Origin: Massalongia carnosa | Lineage: Eukaryota | Reading direction: 5' to 3' | NCBI GenBank assembly: GCA_965645245.1 | Contig: OZ287071.1 | Span: forward strand, 2,232,001-2,296,000 | Length of the DNA: 64,000 bases | Part shown: one piece after another, positions 13,585 through 26,121 of the stretch | Layout: every line of letters starts with the position of its first letter | Numbering within the stretch: the stretch's first letter is position 1 | Program-made: the position numbers and the translations under genes | Notes under the pieces: model-generated | Databases searched by the model: none | Seen by the model: the letters and a program-made list of their open reading frames with translations, nothing else | What the model was told of the DNA's origin: nothing

Positions 13585-14832
13585 TCACATCACAACGCAC
13601 ACTCCCCGCGACTCCTCCTCGGCCTCCCTCCTGCGCAGTTCCGCCTTCGTCTTGTCTAGCTCGAACTGCTGCGCCTGCAACGCGGTGTTGTGGGCATGAT
13701 CGGCCTTCAGCCTGGCAAGCTCATGCTCATGGCGCAGCATGCGCTCGCGAGCCTCCAGCGCCTGCGCCTGCGCCTGCTCCCGCTCGCGCGCCAGCTCCTC
13801 GTCCTTTTCCCGCCGCAGGGCTTCCCAGTTCGCCTGCATCTGGATGCGCTCCTCCTCCTGCTTGGCCAGGCGGGCCTCGGTCTCGGCCTTTTCGCGCGCG
13901 ACGTCTTTCTGCCACTCGCGGTCGCGCGCGTCTAGCGCCTCGTCCATGTCAGCTTTCAGCTGCTGGAGCTGCTGTTCGAAGCGCGCCTTTTGCTCCGCCA
14001 TCTCCGCCGTGACTTCTTTGCCCGCGAGCGTTTGGTCCAGCGCGATGCCGTCGTCGACCATTTCCTTGGCTAGCTGGGGGATGATCGGTCGCTCCTTCTT
14101 GATCAGATACCACACGATCTCCATGGCGGATTCGATGGCGCGGTCGTGCCGGAACACGGTGCTGCCCTTGGCGATCATGCCGGCCCAGAAGCGTGGATGG
14201 GTGGTGAGTTCCTGCTCGCGCTTCAGCGCCGTGGCCTCGTCGACTCCGCTCCACATGGTGGTGGCGAGCACCACGCTCTCGAGCCCATCCTCGCCACATA
14301 GCTTCTTAAACATGCGGAGGTTCTTCATAGCCGATCCGCCCACGCGGACGTCGAGGATTCGGTGCAGATAGACAATGCCGGTCAGTTGAATTTTGTGCTC
14401 GTATGCTTCCGCGAGCCAGTTGGCGACTTCGCGGAGGATGTCGGTGTCAGATTTATAGGTATCGTCGAACCCGGGCGTATCGATTAGGAAGAGTCGACGC
14501 CCGGTTTTTAAGCTGCATTGGTGGATGCCAACGGTGCTGGTGCCTGCCTACTGGTTAGCGGATGCAGTTCCCATTATTTTATGAATAGGTCATCCTACAT
14601 GCTTCGAGATCGTGACCTATAACCACGGGCTCATCGGTGAAGAGAGAAATGAAGCTACTTTTTCCAACCCCTGTCACCCCCATGACTGCGATGATAACAT
14701 CAGTTGGTCTGGGAATTGATTTATGTTAGCAGCTTGCACAGTTCAATCTCGAACAAAAGTTACATGAGATGGCCTGGGAGTCTTGCCTGAAGTCAAACCT
14801 ATGGCCAAGTGTCGCTCCACTTTCCCTGGCAT
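13585..14832 (-). CDS. P-loop GTPase A (AIG1/GIMAP/MMR_HSR1-like G domain) + coiled coil + CAAX box
   Basis: Exons 14832-14799 (tentative first exon, GTTTGA donor), 14708-14599, 14543-13585. G1 IAVMGVTGVGKS, G2 EAC|TST, G3 LIDTPGFDDT, YLHRILDVR, LATTMW. E/Q/R/A-rich coiled coil; ends GVCVVM*. Confidence 0.88.
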
Positions 14833-15810
14833 CTTGCTCGGGTTCAGGTACGTTCTGGCGAGTCATCTTTGCTCTAAAAGGATTGGTAGTAGGCATAAGC
14901 AAGTAAGCAGATTCAAGAATCGTTTGCTTCCGTACTTAAGATGATTATATCAAGGGAAGTCTTTCAGAGAATAGAGGCCTGGCACTGGTGGTGATTACAC
15001 CTAGGTCTTCCGATGGAACGAACGAACCCCACGAAACTGAATGGACATTGTGCCAACGAGATAGAAAGAGAACTCGCGGCTTTTGAGCAACAGACAAATC
15101 AAACACAAATGCATGCAAGGCACTCCGTTCTTCTTCCACTCACACCCGTCTCCGTGGCCGCAGCCTCTCTCTGCCAAGAGAAAACCCTGAACAAGGCTCT
15201 AGCACAAGGCTTGTCCAACTCAAGATACGTCGGGTTTATACAAGGCTGAAAGGCAACGACATATGTAGCCGCTAGAGCGTTGAGAACAGCAAAGACCTTT
15301 CAGGAATATTGTGGCTGTAAGCTGCTGCAGCCAGGCTCTTAGCATCACTTTCTCTGCACCAATGATTCTACTTTTTTCCTCCTCTCTTTCTGTAACGGGC
15401 ATTAGGCTGAAGCTTGCCACCACTACCCTCTCAACACTAAAAGTTCCGTAGCCTTGTGGGAAGGGTTTCCTAGTCTCGGCTGATTTCTTGCGGCTCAGCA
15501 AACGCTTGTGGAGTGAGGCATATCTCCAACTCTTTTGTGAAAAATAGCGTTTAAGCTGAGACGGCACATTTCAATGAATCCGAGCGCTTATATTCCCCGA
15601 ATGATAGCTTTGATCTTTCTAGCAGGCGCAGCAATACGTGTTACCTTTAATTCTTAGGCAAATCATGGAAGAACTTGATTTCAGTTATTTTTAGCTGTCA
15701 GATCGACTATCTAATGTTTGGACCATGATTTAAATCGAATCTTGTCATTATTTTCTTTGGATCAGTATTACGGATGTGAGACAACGTGACAAAAGACCAA
15801 GCTGCCTGTA

Positions 15811-17534
15811 ATGAAATACTATGAACAAAATCCCTACTCCTTGGCGGGTCAAGTTTATCCTGGCAGCTGGCCAGAGCAGGTGGTTTTTTCTGATTCCATA
15901 TGTACCAAGACAGAGCATGTCACACGCGACGAGCTGCAAGATATAAAAACGCCCTTGCGAGTGGTGAATGAAGTTATTCCCGGTAGTTGGCCAGAAGAAG
16001 AAGGGTTCTCAAGTTCCGTATATAGCGAAACATTTGAATTCATATACAAAGAGCAGCCATGTAAACATATACCGCACATAAAGGTGTATGGAATCTGTCC
16101 TGGAAGCTGGCCAGATGACGATGAGTTGCCGCAAGTGCCAAATTCCAAGGTGGACCACGCTCAACTTCCCGATCCAGGCCGAGAAGTTGTCATCGCTGTC
16201 ATGGGTGTTACTGGAGCCGGCAAAAGCAGTTTCATTCGGTCCATGACAGGCTGCGAAGACGTTTTTGTGGGCCATGGGTTATCTTCAGGTTGGTGTGTCG
16301 CTAACTACCTACCACTTTCGTCTATTTTAACGGTTTCAATTCCAATTTAGCAACCACAGAGGTTGAATCATTCAAATTTACACATCGCGGCATTAATTTC
16401 GTGCTCGTTGACACCCCTGGTTTCGATGATAGCACCAGGAACGATGAAATCATCGTCACCCGTATCCTCGACTGGCTAGCATCCTCATTTCGGGACGGCG
16501 TCAGACTGACCGGACTGATCTATCTTCATCGCATAATCGACCCGCGAATCCGTGGCACAGCGTATGAGAACCTGCGCATGTTCAGAAAACTCTGTGGTCC
16601 GGACTCTATGCCTAACATAATCCTCGGCACCACCTTCTGGAATAATATTGGAGCGGAGAAAGGAGCTAATCGGGAGAAAGAACTGTGCGAGAAGAATGAG
16701 TTCTGGGGGGAGATGGTCAAGAAAGGATCACGAGTTGTGCGCATCGGGAACGACCGCGAGGCAGGGTTGAAACTTCTGCATGAAATCGCCCAAAGGGACC
16801 CGTTCGTTCTAGCTGCGCAGAGAGAAATGATGGAGGAAAAGAAGTCAGCCGCTGAAATGGCGGCCAACAAGGCCGCCAACAAAGAAATAGAGCAGATGAA
16901 GCGGGAAATGGAAGCCAAAGCGGAAGCGCAACGCGAAGAAAATGCGCGCGAACTCACCCGTCGGGAAGCCTCCAGGAAGGAGGAGCTCCGTCTCGAAATA
17001 TCAAGGCAAAGGGAGGTTGCACACGCCAAAGCCCTCGCCGAGGCGGAACGGTTGGCAAGAGAACAGCGGGAATATTGGCAAGCCTATTACGCACGGCAGG
17101 AGTTGGCGCGACAAGAACAGGAAAAGGAGAAAGCACGCCTGCGAGAGGAGGAAGCACGGATAGAGCGTAAGAGAAAGGCAGAGGTGGAGCGGATGGAACG
17201 TCTGGATCGGGAGGCGAAAGAGGCCCGTCTGCGGTATATTCGTAGCTACACTTGCGTCCGGCAACCTCTTTCTAGTCGGTATTGCGACAAATGCAAGGTC
17301 CGTCTGAAAGGCTCCTATACTTATTATCGTGAGTTTCTAATTTTCTGGCTCGATACGGAAGCCGGCGTATCTGATGCATATAATAAGATCAAGCTAACCT
17401 GTTGCAAGAGAACAGATTGTTGCCATTGCCACAACGATAACTACGACCACTGCGTTGGATGTGGTCGTGATTGCGGACATCCAGAACATCCGCTAATGTC
17501 AATGCTGGAGGAAAGCGAGTGTTTGGTCATGTAA
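15811..17534 (+). CDS. P-loop GTPase B (AIG1/GIMAP-like) with N-terminal PGSWP repeats, coiled coil, ZZ-like zinc finger and CAAX box
   Basis: Exons 15811-16288, 16351-17328, 17416-17534. G1 IAVMGVTGAGKS, G3 LVDTPGFDDS, YLHRIIDPR, LGTTFW. Spliced C-terminus YCDKCKVRLKGSYTYYHCCHCHNDNYDHCVGCGRDCGHPEH; ends ECLVM*. Confidence 0.88.
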
Positions 17535-17758
17535 CAGCATAAGGGCAAGCGGTTATTAGACATAGGCGGCCACATTGCAAGTTTAGGAAATCATGGAAGT
17601 TAGCGCCTTCGTGCTGTTTAGATAATGTCAAGTTACACTAGATATTGTAAAGTATAGTCCAGTAGACAGCGCATCTCCCTGGCTGAATGCAACGGATAAT
17701 AGACAAAGACTGCGATCATTGGGAGAAATGCCATCGTTGCATAGAACAAAAATAGCTA

Positions 17759-19425
17759 CTATCGATAATTATCACGAGAATGGGAGCCCCTCCCACCATT
17801 CCTGGTTGAGTGTGCTGGCGCAGCCGCGGATTCAAATAACTGTTTGAGAAAGTAGAGGATGTTATTGCCTTCGTTGGGATGTCTCGCGTTGTCCAGCTCC
17901 CGCTCCTTCATCTCACGAATGTGGCGCTCGTGAGTAATTTGACTTTGCAGCTCCATTTGCTGCTTCGCCCAATGCAGCTCGCGGTTCAGCACGAAGCTCT
18001 CAAGACGACCAGCTTCCTCGGCGGACTTGGTCGCCTGTTCATGCCGAATCCGTGCCATTTCCCGGTGGTGTTCCTTGTCCTTTCGATCTAGCGTGTCCTG
18101 TAGATGACGCAGGTTCTGCTCAAAAAGCTGGATCTCCGAGGCCTTGGTTTCAAGCTGTTGATGACGAGCTGCTTTCTCGCGCTCCAGATCTTCCACAAGC
18201 GCCGCGTGCTGTTGGTCTTTCTCTTCTGCGAGCTTTTCGAGAGATATCTTAAGGCCTCGCTCGGAAGAGATTGCTCGGGCGATCTTGGTTTCGTATTCTT
18301 GTTTCTGCTCAGTTATGCTAGCAATGGCTCGTTCGTCATTTTCTTTCAATGCGTCTTCCATGCTTTGCTGGAAGTCGGAAAGGTCCCTTTCGTATCGTTT
18401 ACGAGCTTCGATGAGCTCCTTTTGCACAAATTTTCCTGCTGCTGTTTCGTCGAGGGTTTGCTTTTCATCCACCATTTGACGTTGAATATCTAGTACCACT
18501 TTCTCTTTCTTATTGACCAGTATTGAAACAATGCTACGGGCAGATTCGACGTCGCCAGAATGCCTTACTACACGACTTCCTTTTTTCTCCATATAACCCC
18601 AAAACTTGTCGTTGTGAATAAGTTGATTCTCTCGGTCAATACCAACTTCACTAGAAAGACCTGATTGTCCCAGGACATTCCACATCGTCGTTACAAGGAC
18701 CACATTGGAGAGACTATCTTCACCGCATAGCTCTTTGAACATGTGTACGTTCTTGAGTGCGGATCCTTGCATCCGCACGTCTATAATGCGGTGAAGATAG
18801 ATTAAACCAGCCAGTCTGATTTGAGAGGTATAGATAGTGGTCAGAAAGAACGCGATATCTTTCAACACGTCAGTGTCTGAGCGATTCGTGTCATCAAATC
18901 CAGGTGTATCGATTAGATGAACTTTTTGGTTTCCATCGTGAAGATAACTATACACCCCGACCTCGCTTGTACCTGCACACCGTTCTTGGTTAATGAATCA
19001 GGGGTATGGAGTATAATAGATCTATACGAGTTGACTTACAGGACTCGAGGGAATGCCCAACAGCAGCGCCTCCGCCGGTTAGCAAGGAGATGAATGTGCT
19101 TTTGCCTGATCCCGTGACCCCCATGATCGCAATCACAATATCTTCATCACTATCATATCAAAGTTTAGTTTGGTACTTAGATCATTCGTAAGTTTAACAC
19201 CTACGATATCTCCGACGGTTGGATTGGCCCGTTGTTTTCCACAGGAGGAGTAATGCTCGTCTGAGTTGCTTGATGGCTTGGGTCTGGAACTCCTTGTTGA
19301 ATAATTTCCTGGGTAATACTGCCAGTAGGTCCATTGTGCTGAGATCCCTGGCTTTCGCTCTCATTGCTTACGGCGGAATCTATTGTCATCTCATCACTGG
19401 TAACTGAAGCAACGGGGACTCTCAT
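17759..19425 (-). CDS. P-loop GTPase C (AIG1/GIMAP-like) + long coiled coil, no CAAX
   Basis: Exons 19425-19205 (S/T/Q/P-rich N-terminus), 19149-19040, 18972-17759. G1 IAIMGVTGSGKS, G2 ESC|TSE, G3 LIDTPGFDDT, YLHRIIDVR, LVTTMW; ends SRDNYR*. Confidence 0.88.
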
Positions 19426-20177
19426 CTTGGCTAGGGTGTCACTTGATTTCAACGAGATGAGACCCAAACTGCGAGGATTTCCTCTGATTTTGCATGAAAT
19501 GGGCTACTCTGAATGAACACATCTTCCGAGCAATAAGATAAGGCTTTGATATGCATATCCGAGAAACGCGACCGAAGAAGCATGCAAGCTTGCATGAGCA
19601 GTCACATCGAACGCCATCTCGCTCAACGCCATTCTTCTTAGCTTCGTGGTGGGGCAGCTTTGGCTCTGCGGCTTCATTTCGCAAGGCTGCTGCGATCTTG
19701 AGCAAAGGGCGAAGGATTCCGGCAGCCTTGTTATTAGCTAAAGCCAGCCTGATGCGAGAATGACGAGGCTGACAGCAAGGTATCATTAAGGTGTCGTACC
19801 AGGGGTAAGTTTTGCAAGGCTGTAAACCATTTGCAGGCATGCCATCTTCGTGCCCAATGCTGCTTGTTGCAGGTTGAACCGATTCTTTCTGAAAGCAACT
19901 TAACTACTCGGCTCCTCGAAAGAATAAAACATAAAAACAGAAGTGTTCCTATCGGGAGTTTATGACTAGCAGAATATTCACTGTACAGAGTAGACATGGT
20001 TTTGTCAATACATCATGCTTACTTGCTTTGGTTAGCAAGTAATCGAAGCATTTGATAACCCCTTTTTTTCATAAAGAAGCAAGAGATGAAAGGCCACTGG
20101 TAGCAATTCCATTTTCTTTCTCTGGGAAGATAAGGTTCCCTAAGCTTTTCATATATATTATCCCTCTTGAACCCCCA

Positions 20178-23100
20178 TCACTGTTCGCTCCCTTTCTCGG
20201 TCTGCAACCGCGAATACTCCGCTGCTTTTCCTTCAACCTTGGCCATTGTTTTGGCATCCCCTATTTTCTCTTCAAACGCCAACCATTTCTTAAAGAAGAA
20301 TTTCGCTTTCCGGCTTTTCAACTTTCCCCGTCCTGTAACTCGTTCAAACAAATCCCTCACACGCTCCGTCTCACCAAGTCGAATCTCCGCGTCTATCAAA
20401 ACATTCCATAGATCCAATCGCTTCGGAAAGGTCGCGAGCAAGCCTTCAAAAACCGTGCGCCCTCGCTCCGGATCGCCGTGCGGGGCGCTGAACTCTAGAG
20501 AGGCGAATTTAGCCGTAAGGGCAAGGTGAGTATGAAGGGGAAGGGATTGGAGAGCGCGGGGAAGAAGGGCGCGGGCGCGGGAAGGGTTGGAGTGGGTTGT
20601 TAAGAGAAAGGTGGCGTAGTTGAGGGGGAGGGCGGGGGAGTGTGGGTGCTTGCGGAGGGCGGCTTGGAAGAGATCATCTGCTTTCTGAGTTGGATTAGAA
20701 AGGGTTAGGATGGCAAAGATGAGATGGTGGAATTGGGGGATAGGACCGAGAATAAGGAGGGGCTACCATACCTCGTTGTTTCCGGATTGAATATGGATGC
20801 TAATGAGGCGTTCATAAACCTCCTGGCTATCGTTGTACTGGCATGCTCGTTGGAAGACTTCCTCTAATGACTCATCGGTACCGTACGTATTTTCTAGGTT
20901 CAGCAACGCAACCCATACATTTAACTTCTCCGTTTCCTCACGAATACTGATTGTCTTGATGGCCCTCTCGGCGATCTCGCGCGCTTTGGTGACTTCGCCC
21001 AACTGTAGCTGGAAAGCCATGAAGCTGAGCCAAAGGATGGACGAATTTGGCTGCCCCATTAGGAGGCGCTCGAAATCGGCGACAGACTGTGGGCCGTTAG
21101 CGTCCAGGTCGCCTGTTTTATCGATTTTAATCTCGGCTTTTCTTCGTCGTTTCTTCTTAGTATGAGATAGTTCGCCGTCAGTTTCAGATTGTATGTCTGT
21201 ATCCTCCTGGGTAGCCAGTCCACCAGTCCAGTCAAACCCGCCGGTACTTAGGCCAGGTGATTCACCAGGAAATGGTTTCTCGTGATTCGTGGGAAGGCTG
21301 ACACCGCCCGTAGGACTGACTTTCTTACTCATACCGCTCTCCTCATTACCCGCTAGCTCTTCATGACTTTTCTCAGCCAGCGCCACCCCATTCGTATCAC
21401 CTACCTCGTCATCACTCTCGTCGTTGCTTTCGCCATCATCCTGTGGCATAAAGTCGGTATTCAAAGCAAGTGACTGGCTAGACTGCGACTCAAGCCCAAA
21501 GTAGGAGGCTTTAAGCCCGAATGAAATCTGCTTCTTAGTCTGATCAATCTTCAGAACTTTCGCCTGCACCGCATCACCCTCGTTATAAAGTTTCTTCGGG
21601 TTGGGCGCTCTTTGATCTGCCATTTCGCTCCGATGACAAAGGCCGCTGACATTTGCAGAATTATCTACTACGATAAAGACACCATATTCCTCAACTTTGC
21701 GTACTTTCCCGGTGAAAACTCTTCCAATTTCCATGTCCATAAATGTCAGTGGTGCTTGGTAGTTTTTGTCGATATGCGACTGCTTTAGACTCATTTGAAC
21801 ATGATTTGACATTGGGTCAACAGCAGTGATCTTGCCTTTAACTAACTGGTCAATCTCGAAACTGGATTTCCACTCTTTAAGGTAGAGGTCAGATAGATCA
21901 GATACTCGTACAAATGCAGTAATATTGCCGCCCAAGCTGACAAAAACCCCGTTATCCGCCACACTTTTTATGAACCCTCGTAGAACGTCATTAACTTTCA
22001 GTTGAGAGATTGAATTAATGTCTGGGTCCTGAACGGGTAATGATGAACTCAAAACTTTGGAGGGCCTTAGTGATAGCTTGATTCGTTTGTTTGGAATATC
22101 TACCTCTTTGACACAAACACGTACAATCTGGTTCTTCTGATAAGTTGTAGGATCTAACTTGTTGTAGTCATCGGCGAAATCTGTTAAATGTACCGGCCCT
22201 GAGAGTGCGTCACTGAGTTGAACAATGACTTGCCGCTCCGTAACTTTGGTTATCCTCCCAGGCAAAACCATACCAGTAGCAACATCCTTCATTGCTAATG
22301 GATTGGTAGAGCTGCCAGTTCTGGCAGAAAGATCAAGGTGGTTGCTAGCAATATCGACGTTGGTTACCTTCGCTCGCAGAGCAGATCCAACTGGAAAGTT
22401 TTTTGGCAGGTCTGATAAGAGTGACACATCATCGGATATATCCATCGCTCGGATTCGACCTCGCACGTTCGGGGAAAGGTTTACCCAAACACAATCGATG
22501 GATGCATTGTTCACAAAAACTATCCAGGACGATCCAACGACGACTTTATCAAGAGTCAAAACATCCAGTTCGTTAGGTCCTAAATTGCTGGGCTTTGCAG
22601 TCAACTCAAATACGGGTGCTTTCCCGCGATGAGTAATTGGAAGAAAGCGATGATTTCTCGAATCATGCATCCCCAGGATCCGAACAGAGACAATTTGCTT
22701 ATGGTGAAATATCTTTAAAGGCTTTTTTTGATCCATGATATCCTTCCAGCTATCAAACACCTCCGAGACATCAATTCGACCTTGAATCCCATCCGCTAAC
22801 TGAACATTGACTTGAGTGTTCTTGATAGATTTAATTCTGGCTTTTGTTGATTTCCCAAGGGTGTAATCATCAATCGACGTCGAAGTTTCGTCTATAGGAT
22901 TGCATACTGGCTGACCTAGAGATGAAGAAACCGTAGCTGCAGATTTGTTTGCGGAAACCTTGTTCTGAGTCGGCCTCATGGTAAGTAGAAATCGCTGCTT
23001 TTCATGATCCACAGACAGGATTTTGGAGGTTATACTTTGATTTTGCCGCATTCTAAATTCAGGTACTTGAGTGGTCTCGTCGGGGATGTGCGCCTTAAGT

Positions 23101-25659
23101 AGAAGGCCAGTGAGATCGCCAGCAAATTGCACAAAAACACCCGTCTGAGTAATGTTCTTTACGTATCCAGCTACTTCGGTGCCCTCTTCAACCTCATCAA
23201 AACTCTTCAGAAGGTTTCCTTCTCTTGCCGCTTTTATGAGACTAGGCTTGCTTGTCAATCGAATCAGCCGTTTGGACTTGAGTATGTTCAGGACCAACAG
23301 GTCTTTGAGAACTTGGTTCACCCTGATTTTCTTCGCTAAAGATATGCATTTCTGGCTTGACCCATCTGCGAGATGCTCATAGGGTAGTAAAGCCTTGAGT
23401 CCAGACTCTTTGAGTTCTACGATAATCTCATCTTTGGTTTTTTCTGATACAGTACCCTCTATGACTGCCCCTGCCTTCAGGTTTGTCAAGGCCTCGAGTT
23501 GTAATGACCCAAATATTGATGGGTCCTTGCAAGATACTATCATTCGACCCTCGCTAGGGTCTATGGAAGCAATATGAACAGTTACCACTTGACCGATGCG
23601 AAAGTGCTCTTTCGGATCTTGAATATAAGATTCGCTCATTTCTGAAACAGGCAGAAATCCTCGAACTGACCCATAAAACTGAACGACTCCACCAGAAGGC
23701 AAGATATTGACAATTGTTCCAGGTGCTTGCATGCCTGGTTTTATTTTCTCGTACTCATCCCATATTTCGGCGTCACTATTTACGAGGGTCTTTTTGAGCG
23801 TAAGGCGGAGTTGTCGCTTTTCTGGATGAGTCGATAAAACCCTTGCCTTCACTGCGGAGCCTTCTTTAAACTTTCTCTCAGGATGTTGTAGTAAGATATC
23901 TGCTATGTGCACTTCCGGCACCAGTCCAGTAATCCCTTCCGCAATATTGACTAATAAACCGGTCACACCTTTCTCTTTGACAATGAGTTTTTCAATAGTG
24001 CCTTTGACAACCTGTCCAACTTTAACGTCCTCGAGCCGTAGAAAGGGCTGATTGATGATTTTTGATTCTAGCGAGACAATAAAGAGGCCGTCCACTAAGT
24101 TGAAGCCAATGACCCGCGCCTTGTGGACGGAGCCCAGCTTATAGGGCCCAGTGGATTCTGATAGGGATTCTATTTTCCCATCTGCCACTTTCGAGATATG
24201 AACAAATCCACGTACGCCCTTGACCCCAACGTCAACAAACAAGCCTGTGCCAAACTCAACTTTAACGACTCTGGCTTCTTCAACTATTGTAGATATTGGC
24301 AGTATTTGTGTCGGTGCAACAGCATCCATGGCAAATTTGGAGGTAATACTAATAGATCTTAAGGAGATAATATGGTCTAGCAATGATATCCCTACCTTTT
24401 TCTCGTCCACCGTAGGAAAGGTGCAGATAATTCGCCCCTTTATCTTGCTATTAACGCTATATTTCTTATCGAGGTCTTTTCCACTGGCTGCAGCTCCAGA
24501 ATGAATTAAATCGGCAGTAACGTTCAGCATACCCATGACTTTACCAAAAATACCCGATGGAGTAACTTCAGATACTAATATTTCAACCCCAGTGCCAGGT
24601 AGAAAGGCGTCCACGGTTGGAGCATCAGTCAAAAAATTGCTCTTTTTGATATTTCCTGCCTTCTGAGGGTCACAGGAGAGTTTGACAATATTGCCGTTGG
24701 AGCTTTGTCCTGTCACAAGGCAAAGATAAACGGCGCCGGGTTCAATACTTGGTATAGAAATGTTTTGTCCAACTTCCTGTGATGACATGAAACCTCGAAT
24801 ATTACCGTCCTCCAGGCCCAGGTTCATAATTAGCCCATGATCCTCCACGCTTACCACCGAAGCCTGGATCATGCTATTGGCTATAACATCAGTCTTTTTT
24901 AACCCTATGTTTGCTTGTCTGGGATTGACTGAGAGTTCTATGTGCCGCTTTCCCTTCCCCCCCGAAGCTATTCCGTCCTGCGTGGAGGTAACGTAGGCGC
25001 GTAGATATTGGCCAACTGAAAACAAAGCTTCAAGGTCTATTTCGTTGTTATCATATTGCTTATCTATAGCCTCATCCTCAGCTACCAAAGTTTCTACCCT
25101 CTCAGTGATTTTGTCCGAAATCGCTGTTAAAGGTATATAGCCTGTGAGATTGTTGGGCAAGGCCAATGCAACATCATACCGATTGACCTGAGAGACTTGA
25201 CCAAGTACCATAGACCCAGGAACAAGTCTCTATGCGCAATGTTAGCCAAAGCCCGATGCGAAGACCGCTGGTGCCGACCTTGTAACTCAAGCCCTCTATT
25301 CTTATAGCTGTGCCCTCAAAAGCTTCGTTTAATTTCCCTCTCTTAAATGTTTTCTTTTTCTTCGCTTTTCGTGGGGCGCCGTCGTCGTGATTCGAATGTT
25401 CATCTTCATTCTCATCATCTCCAAACTCATTTCTAGCCGACTTCTTCCCCGTACTATGCTCGAAAAGCACATCATGCGTCGCTTGAATCTGAATCTGTTT
25501 GTGTTCCAAAGGCGTCAAGAGGCTGCCACCACCACGAGGAAAAGAAAGCTCCTCCTCTTTCGACACTGATAACCTCGAGCTAGGTATTGAAGCCTTTTGC
25601 TTCTTCTCAGGACGAAAACTCTCCTGTTCTCCGGAGGTTTTTCGTTTAGCTGGAGCCAT
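20178..25659 (-). CDS. RRP5: rRNA biogenesis protein Rrp5 (S1 repeats + HAT/TPR C-terminus)
   Basis: N-terminal FPRGGGSLLTPLE, many S1 repeats (e.g. GKVRKVEEYGVFI, GLCHRSEMAD), C-terminal PQSVADFERLL...EKLNVWVALLNLE...FFFKKWLAFEE. Exons 25659-25279, 25229-20772, 20684-20178. Confidence 0.96.
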
Positions 25660-25925
25660 TGTGAGTGGATTGTTAGATTCTATTTGCCAAAAGTATTTTT
25701 ATATTCTCAACCCTAATTTTATAGCCATACTTCTTACTTCTAACCATACAGGTATTGCATCAATACGGTCTGTCCGATTCAGTCAAAGTTCTTGCGACTG
25801 GGTCTAAAGAAATCTGTGTATGTCGGTGAAAATAAGAATTTCGGCCCGCTGTATCACGCTAGCTAGCGAAGAGCTGGGGAAAAGTTCATCCGTTTAATCA
25901 CGTTATTAATTAGCTAATTACAGAA

Positions 25926-25956
25926 CCGCGACACGCGAATTCAATCAAGGCGCGAA
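25926..25956. promoter_or_regulatory. Cluster of MCB-like (CGCG) G1/S elements in the RRP5/cdt2 divergent promoter
   Basis: ccgcgac, acgcgaa and ggcgcgaa within ~30 bp, ~170-200 bp upstream of the cdt2-like ATG. cdt2 is an MBF target in fission yeast. Confidence 0.45.
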
Positions 25957-26121
25957 GGAGGGCGTCGAGAAGACACACTTATGAGAGTTGCTGTAGAAAA
26001 CTGATACACTATCCCACACTTTATGATTACTCTCATTCAATTTATATTTGCTTTGCATTCACAGCTCTACAGCGCTCAATTGTAAAATTACTCAAAGACT
26101 GATATTGCATTGATTTTCATC

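Noticed and set aside
13467..14371. Long + strand ORFs antisense to GTPase A (and similar antisense ORFs over cdc25, the TF, cdt2 and POL3)
   Set aside because: These are shadow ORFs caused by GC-rich codon usage of the real genes.
15013..15249. 78-aa ORF between GTPases A and B as a possible fourth cluster member
   Set aside because: No recognisable motif and no clear splice link to GTPase B; it cannot be supported without expression data.
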